Assembly: GCA_045578445.1 (NCBI GenBank)
Contig: JAZNKG010000019.1
Span: forward strand, 21-64,020
Length of the DNA: 64,000 bases
Source of the DNA: Alphaproteobacteria bacterium
GTDB lineage: Bacteria > Pseudomonadota > Alphaproteobacteria > RF32 > CAG-239
Reading direction: 5' to 3'
Shown: piece by piece, positions 54,640-64,000 of the stretch
Layout of the letters: the number at the start of each line of letters is the position of its first letter
Numbering within the stretch: position 1 is the stretch's first letter
The notes under the pieces: generated by a model
Databases searched by the model: none
The model's input: only the letters and a program-made list of their open reading frames with translations
Told to the model about the DNA's origin: nothing
Made by a program: the position numbers and the translations under genes

Positions 54640-56754
54640 ATGCAGTGGAATAAAAAAGATTTATCAAATATAATAAACAAAGGTAAAAAAGCCATACATG
54701 CATATATAACTCCATATCTAGATAATCCTGAAAATGATGATTTGTTTACCATAGAAAATTTTGCCTATCTTTGGGCAATTTTAGGTGCTATAAATCTAGA
54801 GAATATGACAAATAAAACTCATCACAAAATTTGGGCAGTGCTCAAACAAACAACAGCATTAGATGCGCATGATAAAGGAATGCTTTTAAGTTTTACTCAA
54901 AATATTGCTAAAAACACCCCAAATGTAACACAAAAGTATTGGTTGGATTTAGATACATATGATATACGAGTTAAATTTTGCCAAGAAATACTATGGGAGA
55001 TTCTTAAAAATAATGAGGATTTAACTAAAGAAGTTGCACCATATTGCCTAGATGGTGTTCGTCTTGTAGAAAGCCTGGTAGATAGAGAGTTAATTCCTCA
55101 AGTAGAGAGTTATCTAGATCAATTACGCGGGCAGGGTGCATCTTGTGGTGTTTCTGGTGGTGCTATTAGAGATATATACGAAAAAGAGGCAGTATTTCGT
55201 AAAGTATGCTTAATTGTTGCTAATCTAAAGCGAAAATTAGCCTTTGATGAAAAAGAGTATTTATTTCGCTACTTTCATGAAGTATACTTAGACGGTTATG
55301 ATCCAACACATATTGGATTAGATGACGGTATGTTATCACGCCTTATGGCTGATGAAGAGTTAGATGGTGTATCAGAACTTGAAGCACATAAATTTCTTGA
55401 CCATAACTGTGAAATAGCAGAGTTTTCAAAAGAACTAGATAAAATATATGGCTTTTGTGAAAATACTGCCGCCAAACTTATTCGTCATGATACATCTCAT
55501 ATTACCAATATGGTAGAGCGTTGCTTAGCTCGAATAGAAATAGATGAAAAGCCTAAAGGAGTGTTATTTGCACTAGAATTAGTTAACTTAAATCAAATGA
55601 AAACAGCTGTTACAATTTTAATTGAACTAGCCAAAAAAGGTAGAGCAACAGAAATGCCTTGTTTCCTACACAGAATTTTACCAAAGATTTCTGGTTCAGA
55701 AACAATGATTATGAAAATACTAAGATTAAATCTTCAACAACTACATTTAGATGATGTTATTGGAGGAAATGCAGGGTTAAAAGAATATGTATTGCGCACG
55801 TATTTAAATGCTGTAGAAGCCTTTGTTGAAACGAATTATACCAAGGAAGCTGCAGAGTTATTACAAGAACTGGTAAATGGTGGCTGGTTCTTAGGTTCTA
55901 GAAATTTAGTATATACAAAGTTTATTGATATTTCAAATAAAATAATAGCCTTAGATACTAATCAAACTACTTTACTCTGCGCTATAGCTAAAAAATTAAA
56001 TCTAAAAATTTATACTAATAATGATATAGTATCAATTGGCAAAGAAATAGCAGTATTGCCTAGTCTTATGAACGATATTCCAGTAGAGGAAGAAATTATT
56101 TTAGACAATACCGAGATTTTAGCAGATGACACTGAAATAATTGAAGATACCCCGGAGATAATAGAAACAGATACTCTGTTAGATAATATTGAAGAGGTTG
56201 AAGTACTTGACCAAGATACTCAAAACAATATAGAAGAAAACTTAGATGATGCAACTTCTGATGAAAAAGAAATTATCAGCGATAGTCAAAGTGATACTAC
56301 AGATGAAAGCAAACAGTCGGAAGATGCATTTCAGGCGATGTTAAATCAGTTTACTCAAAGTTTGCCTGAAGATAATACCGAAACAACATCTACACAAGAG
56401 ACTGCAACAGAAGCTACAAATCCAACAGAAACAGAAAATGAAATCACAAAAATAGATGAGGATGTTGAAGATAAAAAAAGCTTAGAGCTTCCTAAAGAAG
56501 ATAATAATGAAGAAGAAAAGAAAGAAACAACTTCAGATGACGATACAAAAATTGATACTAAAAGCATATTCAATATTACACAAATAGATGTAGATAAACA
56601 CTTTGAAAAAATTAAAGATATAACTTCAAAGGCTTCAAAACAGGCAGAAAAAATCAAAGAGAAAGTAGAAAATATAGATATTGCTAATTCTAAATCCGTA
56701 GAAAAAATAAAAGAAGTAGCTAAAAAAATATCTTTATTTAAGTGGAAAAAATAA
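54640..56754 (+). CDS. Hypothetical protein (704 aa) with D/E/T-rich C-terminal third
   Basis: Long uninterrupted ORF. The helical N-terminal roughly 480 aa has no recognised motif. The C-terminal roughly 200 aa is acidic low complexity ending in a K-rich tail. Confidence 0.6.
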   Translation: MQWNKKDLSNIINKGKKAIHAYITPYLDNPENDDLFTIENFAYLWAILGAINLENMTNKTHHKIWAVLKQTTALDAHDKGMLLSFTQNIAKNTPNVTQKYWLDLDTYDIRVKFCQEILWEILKNNEDLTKEVAPYCLDGVRLVESLVDRELIPQVESYLDQLRGQGASCGVSGGAIRDIYEKEAVFRKVCLIVANLKRKLAFDEKEYLFRYFHEVYLDGYDPTHIGLDDGMLSRLMADEELDGVSELEAHKFLDHNCEIAEFSKELDKIYGFCENTAAKLIRHDTSHITNMVERCLARIEIDEKPKGVLFALELVNLNQMKTAVTILIELAKKGRATEMPCFLHRILPKISGSETMIMKILRLNLQQLHLDDVIGGNAGLKEYVLRTYLNAVEAFVETNYTKEAAELLQELVNGGWFLGSRNLVYTKFIDISNKIIALDTNQTTLLCAIAKKLNLKIYTNNDIVSIGKEIAVLPSLMNDIPVEEEIILDNTEILADDTEIIEDTPEIIETDTLLDNIEEVEVLDQDTQNNIEENLDDATSDEKEIISDSQSDTTDESKQSEDAFQAMLNQFTQSLPEDNTETTSTQETATEATNPTETENEITKIDEDVEDKKSLELPKEDNNEEEKKETTSDDDTKIDTKSIFNITQIDVDKHFEKIKDITSKASKQAEKIKEKVENIDIANSKSVEKIKEVAKKISLFKWKK

Positions 56755-56764
56755 CAATCACAAA

Positions 56765-58702
56765 CTAGTCTATTTCAGTTGCTTTAGCTATAATTTCATC
56801 TCTTTCGGCTTTTAGGTTGTTGCACCTAGCGTAAGCCTCTTCATTAAAGTTGATAATAAGCTCGTTAGTTAAAGATTTAATTTCTTCTTCTAATTGTTTT
56901 AACTTCATTTCTAACAATAGTTTGTTGATATTTTCCCTTAAATCATTAATAAATGGAGCTCTTTTTCTTAGCATATCAAGTTCCCATAAAGAGTTTATAA
57001 TATCAGGGAATTTTTCTTTTAACAAACAAACAAGTTCCTCTCCATTAAGAGGTGTTTCTGATTCTCTGTATATATCAGCCATAGCAAAGATGAAGTCTTT
57101 GAGTTTTAAGTCTTTAATATCATTGGAGAAAACTTGTTCTTCATATTCATCAATAAGCTCAGGATAAATTAATTCCCCAGCAATAATAAAGCGTAAATTT
57201 TTATCTGCATCATTATTAGCATTCTTTCTTAAAATCTCAGGATTTGTGGTAAAAGAATGTTGCACTATACCTCTAGAGTTAGCTTTCTTTGTATATTTTG
57301 TATTAGGTGTATAGTTACTTCTTGCATTGTTACGCACAATATGATTGGTATTAGAAATATTAACAGAAATTGGTTGCTGATTTTCTTGTGCACTTTTATT
57401 TTCTTGTCGAGATTTCTGCCATGCAGATTGCTTGTAATTAAGATAAATACGGTTCTTTATTTCTTGCGCATAATAACTTCTAACAGTAGCATCAGCTATT
57501 TTATTCACTTCATTTAATAAAGTGGTTTCAATCAGTGCCTTTTTCTCAGGAGTAGAACTATCTTGGTCTTCAGTATATTTTCGCCATAAAATATCAATTA
57601 AAGGGCTAGTTTTAGCCATCAAAGATGCAAAACTATCTTTTCCATGTGCTTTAAGATATTCATCAGGGTCCATATTATCTGGCAAAAACATAAACTTAAG
57701 CGAATATCCCGCTTTAAGAATAGGGAGAACTCTATCAACAGATCTCATTGCTGCTTTTGTACCAGGAGCATCGCCATCAAGACAAAGTATAGGTTCTGGG
57801 CAAACTTTCCAAGCCTCCATAATTTGTTCTTCTGTAAGAGCGGTGCCAAGCGGCGCTACAGCGTAGTTAAACCCATAACTGTCAAGCGCTATAACATCCA
57901 TATACCCTTCACAAATAATAAGTTTTTTCTCTTTATAACCACTTTCTCTAGCTTTATCTAAGTTATAAAGATTGCGTCTTTTGTTAAAAATAGGTGTTTC
58001 AGGAGAGTTGAGATATTTAGGCTCAATTTTTTCCATAACTCTACCACCAAACGCAATAATTTTGCCTTGTTTATTGGTAATAGGTATCATTATCCTATTT
58101 CTAAAGAAATCATGAGCTCGCCTTGATGTATCTTCTGGAATTGCAATTAATCCCAAGTCTTTCAAGTCTGTTTCACTAACACCCATAGATTTTAAATGTG
58201 CCATTAAGGCATTATTATTAGGAGCAAAACCTAAACGAAATTTTTCTATAGTTTCTTTTGAAAAGCCTCGCTTATCCATAAAATATTTAAGACCCTCAGC
58301 TCCGTCAGGCATTTTTAATTGCTTCTCAAAAAATAAACAAGCTTGTTCCATAATCTCATACAAAGATTTGCGTTCTTCAGCTTGCTCTTTATCTTTTGTA
58401 GAAAATTTAGGCATTTGAAGACCAGCTTGATGTGCTAATTTTTGCAAAGCATCCATAAAGGGTAGGCCATTAGCCTCCATTTCAAACTTTATAATATCAC
58501 CATGCGCAGCACAACCAAAACAATGGTAAAAACCTTTACTCTCGTTTACGGTAAATGACGGCGTTTTTTCATTATGAAAAGGGCACAAACCTTGATATTC
58601 TCGTCCTTTTTTGGTAAGCTTTACCTTAGCTCCCACCACATCAACAATAGAGACGCGAGCCCTTAGTTCATCCATAAAACGTTGTAAATCGTCATTTGCC
58701 AT
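56765..58702 (-). CDS. dnaG: DNA primase
   Basis: Zinc finger CPFHNEKTPSFTV..YHCFGC and TOPRIM segment ICEGYMDVIAL...DGDAPG. Confidence 0.95.
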   Translation of the reverse strand: MANDDLQRFMDELRARVSIVDVVGAKVKLTKKGREYQGLCPFHNEKTPSFTVNESKGFYHCFGCAAHGDIIKFEMEANGLPFMDALQKLAHQAGLQMPKFSTKDKEQAEERKSLYEIMEQACLFFEKQLKMPDGAEGLKYFMDKRGFSKETIEKFRLGFAPNNNALMAHLKSMGVSETDLKDLGLIAIPEDTSRRAHDFFRNRIMIPITNKQGKIIAFGGRVMEKIEPKYLNSPETPIFNKRRNLYNLDKARESGYKEKKLIICEGYMDVIALDSYGFNYAVAPLGTALTEEQIMEAWKVCPEPILCLDGDAPGTKAAMRSVDRVLPILKAGYSLKFMFLPDNMDPDEYLKAHGKDSFASLMAKTSPLIDILWRKYTEDQDSSTPEKKALIETTLLNEVNKIADATVRSYYAQEIKNRIYLNYKQSAWQKSRQENKSAQENQQPISVNISNTNHIVRNNARSNYTPNTKYTKKANSRGIVQHSFTTNPEILRKNANNDADKNLRFIIAGELIYPELIDEYEEQVFSNDIKDLKLKDFIFAMADIYRESETPLNGEELVCLLKEKFPDIINSLWELDMLRKRAPFINDLRENINKLLLEMKLKQLEEEIKSLTNELIINFNEEAYARCNNLKAERDEIIAKATEID

Positions 58703-58709
58703 AGAAAAT

Positions 58710-59174
58710 TTAGCCTAATAATGTTTTAATTAAAGCAGAGGCTTTTCCCATATCAACTTGACCAGCATATAAAGATTTTAATTCGGCCATAACTTTTCCC
58801 ATATCTTTTATACTGCTAGCCCCAGTCTTTGCAATAATTTCAGAAAGAGCCTTTTTAGTTTCATCTTCACTAAGTTGTTTAGGCAAAAAGCGCTCAATAA
58901 CAAAAATTTCAGCTTGTTCCTTTTCCGCTAATTCAGGACGACCACCTTCTGTATAAATTTTAACAGATTCTGTACGTTGTTTAATCATAGTTTGCATCAT
59001 AGAAAGCAATTCTGCATCGCTTGCACATTCTTTACCGCTGCCACGAGCACTAACATCTTTTTCCTTCATGCCAGCAATAATCATTCTAACTGCAGAAACA
59101 GTAGTCATTTCTTTTGCTTTCATAGCGTCTTTAAGTGCATTTTGTAAATCATCTCTTAACATTTTCATCTCCAT
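58710..59174 (-). CDS. GatB/YqeY domain-containing protein
   Basis: LQNALKDAMKAKE...RFLPKQLSEDE...MGKVMAELK is typical of YqeY. It lies 7 nt upstream of dnaG. Confidence 0.85.
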   Translation of the reverse strand: MEMKMLRDDLQNALKDAMKAKEMTTVSAVRMIIAGMKEKDVSARGSGKECASDAELLSMMQTMIKQRTESVKIYTEGGRPELAEKEQAEIFVIERFLPKQLSEDETKKALSEIIAKTGASSIKDMGKVMAELKSLYAGQVDMGKASALIKTLLG

Positions 59175-59178
59175 AAAA

Positions 59179-60081
59179 TTAATTTTTTCTAAATTCTAAA
59201 GTTAAATTGATATTCTCATTTTCTTTTGGTGCATCAATAACAACTTCAACAGATGTAGTATCGTGACCAGCCAATGTTGTACTAACTGGTTTGAACAATT
59301 CATTATGTCCTTTTACTGCCACATCTGGAGTGTTAGTAAAATAAATTGAATCATTAAATATTTTAGCCTCAATAACAATTACATTTTTATTGTTAATATT
59401 TTTTTCTTCAATTGTTACATTTTGAAATTTAAGATACTGCGCATTATCCATGCCAGTTAACATAATCTTATTATAATATACTTCAGCCTCAGGATAAAAG
59501 GCAACAATCTCACGGCGTAAAAATATCAGAGCACAGCTCAAAAACAATATAAACAACATAAAATACGCTAATTTATATCCTTTTTTCTTATTTTTATAAG
59601 ATATTCTATCTTGGTTAGTTGCTTTCAAATCAGAGCTATCTTCAAAGAAATGTTGTTTACTATCATCTTCATTATATTTTTCATTCATACTAATAGTAAA
59701 AGATGTTCCTTTATCAGATGTTAATGTAAGTTCATCATTTTTCTTTGGTTTAATCATAGCACTAACATCAACAACACCACCTTCTTTATTTACAATATCA
59801 AAAGAAGACGGAGTGTTTGGCTTTACATTACTATCAGGATTATCTAAAGGTACACTAAAATTTTCTTTGTTTGAAGGATAATTTCTATAAGGAGGTTCAG
59901 CAACCTCAATCCCTTCAATAAAAGGTTTCTCACTTTTATTTTTTTGATAACCAAGTGTATCTTCTACCATTGCATGCCAAACATTATTGCAAGCTTGACA
60001 ACGTAAATTTTTTCCAGTTTTTCCGATAAGGTCATCTGGAATTTCATATATACTGCGACATTTTGGGCAACTGATTAACAT
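59179..60081 (-). CDS. MJ0042-type zinc-ribbon membrane protein
   Basis: N-terminus MLISCPKCRSIYEIPDDLIGKTGKNLRCQACNNVWH, one TM helix, and a C-terminal periplasmic domain. Confidence 0.75.
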   Translation of the reverse strand: MLISCPKCRSIYEIPDDLIGKTGKNLRCQACNNVWHAMVEDTLGYQKNKSEKPFIEGIEVAEPPYRNYPSNKENFSVPLDNPDSNVKPNTPSSFDIVNKEGGVVDVSAMIKPKKNDELTLTSDKGTSFTISMNEKYNEDDSKQHFFEDSSDLKATNQDRISYKNKKKGYKLAYFMLFILFLSCALIFLRREIVAFYPEAEVYYNKIMLTGMDNAQYLKFQNVTIEEKNINNKNVIVIEAKIFNDSIYFTNTPDVAVKGHNELFKPVSTTLAGHDTTSVEVVIDAPKENENINLTLEFRKN

Positions 60082-60274
60082 CTTTATATCCTTAAATCTG
60101 ATTTTCTGTTAGTATATATATGAAAAATATTTATTCAATCTTTTTTTAATAATATAACACTTAAAGAATGATATTTGGTATAAAATCTTGGGGATATTGT
60201 AACTACTAGCATTTATTGTTTGCGCAATAATGGTTATATCTAAGTAAAATATATTAAGTTAAGAGGGGTAAAAA

Positions 60275-60964
60275 GTGGCAGAAACAAGGCAATTTGAACC
60301 TATAGTAGAAATGAATAATGTAGGTCTTGCATACGGAGATAATCCTGAAGTCCTAAAAGACATAAACTTCGCATTTCGTCGAGGTTCTATGCATTTTTTA
60401 ACTGGTAAAAGTGGCGCAGGCAAAACATCACTTTTATCCATGCTATACCTTGCTCAAAAGCCTACAACTGGTACATTAAAAGTATTTGGGAACAATATTT
60501 CCCTCACAGATAGAGATACTCTTGCTTTTTTAAGACGTAGAATTGGTGTGGTATTTCAAGACTTTCGCCTTTTAGATCATTTAAGTGTATTTGATAATGT
60601 TGCTCTTCCTTTAAGAATAAGAGGCATGAAAGAAAAAGAAATAAGAAAAAGAGTTATAGAATTATTAGCTTGGGTTGAACTGACAGATAATATGTATGCC
60701 AAAAGTTCAGAAATCTCTGGTGGGGAAAAACAACGCGCCGCAATTGCACGAGCAGTTATCAATCGTCCTGAATTATTGCTAGCGGACGAACCAACAGGTA
60801 ACGTAGATAACGAAATAGCTAATAAACTGATGAAATTATTTGCAGAACTTAACCGTTTAGGAACAACAGTTGTAATAGCAACACACTCCAATGAATTAAT
60901 GGAGCGCTACAACTATCCGCGTATTCAGTTAAAAGACGGTAATTTATCATACATAAAAGGGTAA
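60275..60964 (+). CDS. ftsE: Cell division ATP-binding protein FtsE
   Basis: GTG start after AGAGGGG. Walker A GKSGAGKTS, ABC signature SGGEKQR, Walker B LLLADEPTG. Confidence 0.9.
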   Translation: MAETRQFEPIVEMNNVGLAYGDNPEVLKDINFAFRRGSMHFLTGKSGAGKTSLLSMLYLAQKPTTGTLKVFGNNISLTDRDTLAFLRRRIGVVFQDFRLLDHLSVFDNVALPLRIRGMKEKEIRKRVIELLAWVELTDNMYAKSSEISGGEKQRAAIARAVINRPELLLADEPTGNVDNEIANKLMKLFAELNRLGTTVVIATHSNELMERYNYPRIQLKDGNLSYIKG

Positions 60965-60965
60965 T

Positions 60966-61955
60966 ATGGAGAAAAATATGTCGTTGAATGCAAATGAAAC
61001 TATGAAAATAAAACCAACTGCCTCCCCAAAAGCAGATAAACAAAAAATACAAGCTCTAAAAAAACAAGTTAAACCAGCAGATAGCAAAGAAGAATTACCA
61101 ATAGATGAAGGTAATTCAAAAACTTTTTTACGAGTTATAGTTGCTGTATCTGTATTTTTGTTTGCTATAACATTAGCTGGTGTATTGGGTATAAACTCTA
61201 TGTTTGAAAATTCCAAAAAACAAGTTGTTTCAAACTTTACTGTCCAAGTTTTACCTTTACCTAACCACGAAGAAAGTCAAAAAGATCTTCAAAATGTAGT
61301 TAGTTTTTTTGAAAATTATCCAGATGTAAAAGAAGTAATAGTTTTAAGTGATAAAGAATTACATGTATTGCTAGAACCATGGCTCGGCAATAATGTAGAC
61401 ATAGAACTGCTCCCAATACCTAAACTATTAGATGTAAAAATTAATAATGCAGCACATTTTGACTATAAAGAGCTAATGGTAAGACTATCAGAAGTTTCTC
61501 CGCAAGCCTCAATTAATGACCATAACTTATGGCTTTCAAGATTACTTAAATTCATAAATTCCTTGAAAATGCTTGCTGTAACAGTATTAATTCTAGTTGC
61601 AGGCGGTTGCGTATCAGCAATAGTATATTCTGCAAAAACAGGATTAAACATTCATCGTGATATTATCCAAATATTACATACAATGGGTGCAACAGATGAA
61701 TATATTGCCGTAAATTATGTTAAACAAATAACTTTAATGTCAGTTGTAGCCGGCTTTATAGGAACATTACTTGCTATACCTGCAATCATGCTAATTGGCG
61801 ATATGGCAACTGGTATAGAAACAGGTATTTTTAATTCTGTGACATTCGGAGTAGAAGAGTGGTTTAAGATTTTACTTTTGCCAATCATATCTTCAGTTTT
61901 AGTAGCTATAACCGCTTATGTTACTGTTGTGAAAACCTTAAGGAGTATGGTGTAA
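60966..61955 (+). CDS. ftsX: Cell division permease-like protein FtsX
   Basis: It starts 2 nt after ftsE. Four TM helices with a periplasmic domain between TM1 and TM2. Confidence 0.8.
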   Translation: MEKNMSLNANETMKIKPTASPKADKQKIQALKKQVKPADSKEELPIDEGNSKTFLRVIVAVSVFLFAITLAGVLGINSMFENSKKQVVSNFTVQVLPLPNHEESQKDLQNVVSFFENYPDVKEVIVLSDKELHVLLEPWLGNNVDIELLPIPKLLDVKINNAAHFDYKELMVRLSEVSPQASINDHNLWLSRLLKFINSLKMLAVTVLILVAGGCVSAIVYSAKTGLNIHRDIIQILHTMGATDEYIAVNYVKQITLMSVVAGFIGTLLAIPAIMLIGDMATGIETGIFNSVTFGVEEWFKILLLPIISSVLVAITAYVTVVKTLRSMV

Positions 61956-61956
61956 T

Positions 61957-62625
61957 ATGCCAAGAAAAATGGTCATATTTTCATTTTTATTTTTGATACT
62001 ATGTTTTATAGTATTCTCAGGTTTTTTAATGTTTAGCAAAGCAGTTTTCAATTATGCAGAAAAAAATAAAGATAGCGATAGTGTTATATGCCAATTATTA
62101 AACAACAAAACCCAATCAACTAAAACAAATCAAACATTATACCATTTATTTCTTCAAAATAATGAACAAATTGGTCTAGTTGCTCTAACAGGCGGAAGAA
62201 ACCGCATAGAAACAGCCGTTAAACTATTAAATAGTGGCTTAGGCGAAAGAATGTTAATCTCAGGAGTAAAACCTGGAACAAAAGTACAAACAATAACTTC
62301 TCGCGAAAATGTAGAATTAAATACAAACAAGCCTGTAGACTTAGGATATCAAGCCACAGATACAGTTGGCAATGCTAAAGAAGTAAAAACTTGGGCTAAT
62401 TTACATGGATTACAAAAAATATACGTGGTAACATCTTTTTACCATATTCCTCGTAGTCGACTAGAATTAGAAAAAGAAATTTCAAATAAAGAAATATCTT
62501 TTATTGCCGCTAACACCCCATTCGTATCACAAAAATGGAAGAATTGGCGCTCGACATATTTTATGGCAAAAGAATATATCAAATTTTTAATCGTTTATTT
62601 TCAATATAAAATGTTAGGACTATAA
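61957..62625 (+). CDS. DUF218 (YdcF/ElyC-like) protein
   Basis: An N-terminal TM helix, then LISGV...TDTVGNAKEVKTWANLHGLQKIYVVTSFYHIPRS. Confidence 0.75.
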   Translation: MPRKMVIFSFLFLILCFIVFSGFLMFSKAVFNYAEKNKDSDSVICQLLNNKTQSTKTNQTLYHLFLQNNEQIGLVALTGGRNRIETAVKLLNSGLGERMLISGVKPGTKVQTITSRENVELNTNKPVDLGYQATDTVGNAKEVKTWANLHGLQKIYVVTSFYHIPRSRLELEKEISNKEISFIAANTPFVSQKWKNWRSTYFMAKEYIKFLIVYFQYKMLGL

Positions 62626-62626
62626 T

Positions 62627-63349
62627 ATGAAAACAGCTAAATTATATCTTCGCTCACTAATAGCAAATATCTACTTTTATCCCACACTAATGATTGGCTT
62701 TGCTCTAAGCGTTATAGTAGGTGTGATAAACCGCAAAAAAATGCCATATATATGGGATAATTACATTATTCCTCCAATATTAAATGGTATGCTAAAATTA
62801 ACAGGCATAGAAATAGAAGTTAGAGGCAAAGAAAATATTACTCCAGATGTAATTTTTGCCTCAAAACATGAATCGGCATTTGAAACATATGCTCTTCCAA
62901 CTATAATTCCAAACTCTGTATTTGTGCTAAAAAAAGAATTAACCTATGTTCCGATATTCGGATGGGCACAAGCATTATATGGAATGATACCGGTAGATAG
63001 AGGAGCAGGCGCAAAGGCTATGAAAGGAATGCTTGTACAAACCAAAAAGCGTATAGAAGAGGGACGTTCACTTGTAATTTTTCCTGAAGGAACAAGATGT
63101 AAGCACTTGCAAGTAAAAGGCTATAAATCCGGCGTGGTATTTTTAGCTGAAAGCTTGAATAAACCTGTTGTTCCCGTTGCATTAAATACTGATTTATGTT
63201 GGGCAAAAGCCTCATTTTTGCGCCGTCCAGGAAAGATAATATTTGAATTCTTGCCACCAATAAAAGTATCTGACTACAAGAGTAAGAAAGAGTTTATGGA
63301 TGAACTAGAAAATCGCATAGAAACAGCTTGCAAAAAGATGGTACAATGA
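62627..63349 (+). CDS. plsC: 1-acyl-sn-glycerol-3-phosphate acyltransferase
   Basis: Acyltransferase boxes SKHESAFET and IFPEGTR. Confidence 0.85.
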   Translation: MKTAKLYLRSLIANIYFYPTLMIGFALSVIVGVINRKKMPYIWDNYIIPPILNGMLKLTGIEIEVRGKENITPDVIFASKHESAFETYALPTIIPNSVFVLKKELTYVPIFGWAQALYGMIPVDRGAGAKAMKGMLVQTKKRIEEGRSLVIFPEGTRCKHLQVKGYKSGVVFLAESLNKPVVPVALNTDLCWAKASFLRRPGKIIFEFLPPIKVSDYKSKKEFMDELENRIETACKKMVQ

Positions 63350-64000
63350 TAAATCAACCACCAATAGCCATATATATACATTTTCCATACTGCAAAAGCA
63401 GGTGTCCTTATTGTGACTTCTTTCGTTCAATATTGCCTCAAAACTTTAATGAGAAAGAAATTATAGAAAGATACCGCCAAGATATAAAATACTTTGCAGA
63501 TTTATTAGGAGACAGACTGGTAAAATCAGTATTTTTCGGTGGTGGTACTCCATCAATACTAAGCGCAGATGCCATTCATATAATAATGAATGAATTGTCA
63601 CGTAATTTTTGCATAAAAGAAGACGCAGAAATCAGCTTAGAAGCTAATCCAAACACATTTGAACGCGAAAAATTTATTGATTATGCCAAAAGTGGAATAA
63701 ATAGATTGTCGCTAGGTGTACAAGCCTTAAACGAGCAAGACCTGAAATTTCTTGGTCGCACACATTCATTAGATGACGCCTTGCGTTCAATAGATTTAGC
63801 TACACAAACATTTGACAAAACATCAATAGATTTAATATATTCTCGCCCCAATCAGCAATGGGATACATGGCAACAAGAAATTGATTTAGCACTAAAATAT
63901 GGTTTACAACACATATCACTTTATCAATTAAGCATAGAAGAAGGCACGGTTTTTCATAAGAAAAATGTTAAAGTATTAGATGAAGAAACATCTGCAAGAT
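63346..64000 (+). CDS. hemW: Radical SAM heme chaperone HemW (HemN-like), 3' end beyond window
   Basis: The ATG overlaps the plsC stop (ATGA). CKSRCPYCDF is a CxxxCxxC motif, and GGGTPS follows downstream. Confidence 0.85.
   Translation, partial: MINQPPIAIYIHFPYCKSRCPYCDFFRSILPQNFNEKEIIERYRQDIKYFADLLGDRLVKSVFFGGGTPSILSADAIHIIMNELSRNFCIKEDAEISLEANPNTFEREKFIDYAKSGINRLSLGVQALNEQDLKFLGRTHSLDDALRSIDLATQTFDKTSIDLIYSRPNQQWDTWQQEIDLALKYGLQHISLYQLSIEEGTVFHKKNVKVLDEETSAR

Noticed and set aside
62850-62880. The PlsC acyltransferase box reads H-x4-E (KHESAFE) instead of the textbook H-x4-D.
   Set aside because: From memory, the KHQSxWE-type variant is common in a large subgroup of bacterial lysophosphatidic acid acyltransferases, so it is not evidence of inactivation.

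Overview
AT-rich segment (about 30% G+C from hand counts of a few lines) that looks like alphaproteobacterial chromosome. Evidence for that: a ChpT-type histidine phosphotransferase, two GAAC-N7-GAAC SOS boxes, TrmFO, and an MJ0042-type zinc-ribbon gene divergent from ftsEX. I call about 55 densely packed protein-coding genes. Most are housekeeping: priA, chpT, trmFO, an MscK-like channel, a U32 peptidase, an M16 peptidase, elbB, lexA, mtnN, an RsmB-like methyltransferase, ackA, trkH, psd, rpsF-rpsR-rplI, rpoD, dnaG, ftsEX, plsC and hemW. Many genes end in clear rho-independent hairpins. I recognised no rRNA, tRNA, CRISPR array, transposase or integrase; all intergenic gaps are under 250 bp and AT-rich. 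Unusual content clusters in four places. (1) 19.7-22.7 kb holds an orphan hydG with an exact CX2CX22C motif plus two G+C-richer single-gene units. (2) 32.8-49 kb holds an SOS-boxed UmuC-like polymerase, a phage-type dUTPase, orphan ORFs, and the top candidate at 36.5-43.1 kb. That candidate is a three-gene module: a 1106-aa HExxH + Gln/Gly tandem-repeat + vWA/MIDAS protein, a 930-aa single-P-loop MoxR/AAA_5-like ATPase, and a coupled 104-aa ORF. (3) 51.4-52.2 kb holds two tandem paralogous small ORFs. (4) 54.6-56.8 kb holds a 704-aa orphan gene inserted in opposite orientation between dnaG and rpoD. All family assignments come from motif recognition by eye. No database search, HMM or structure prediction was run. 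Hairpin and promoter coordinates are hand-derived and may be off by 1-3 nt.
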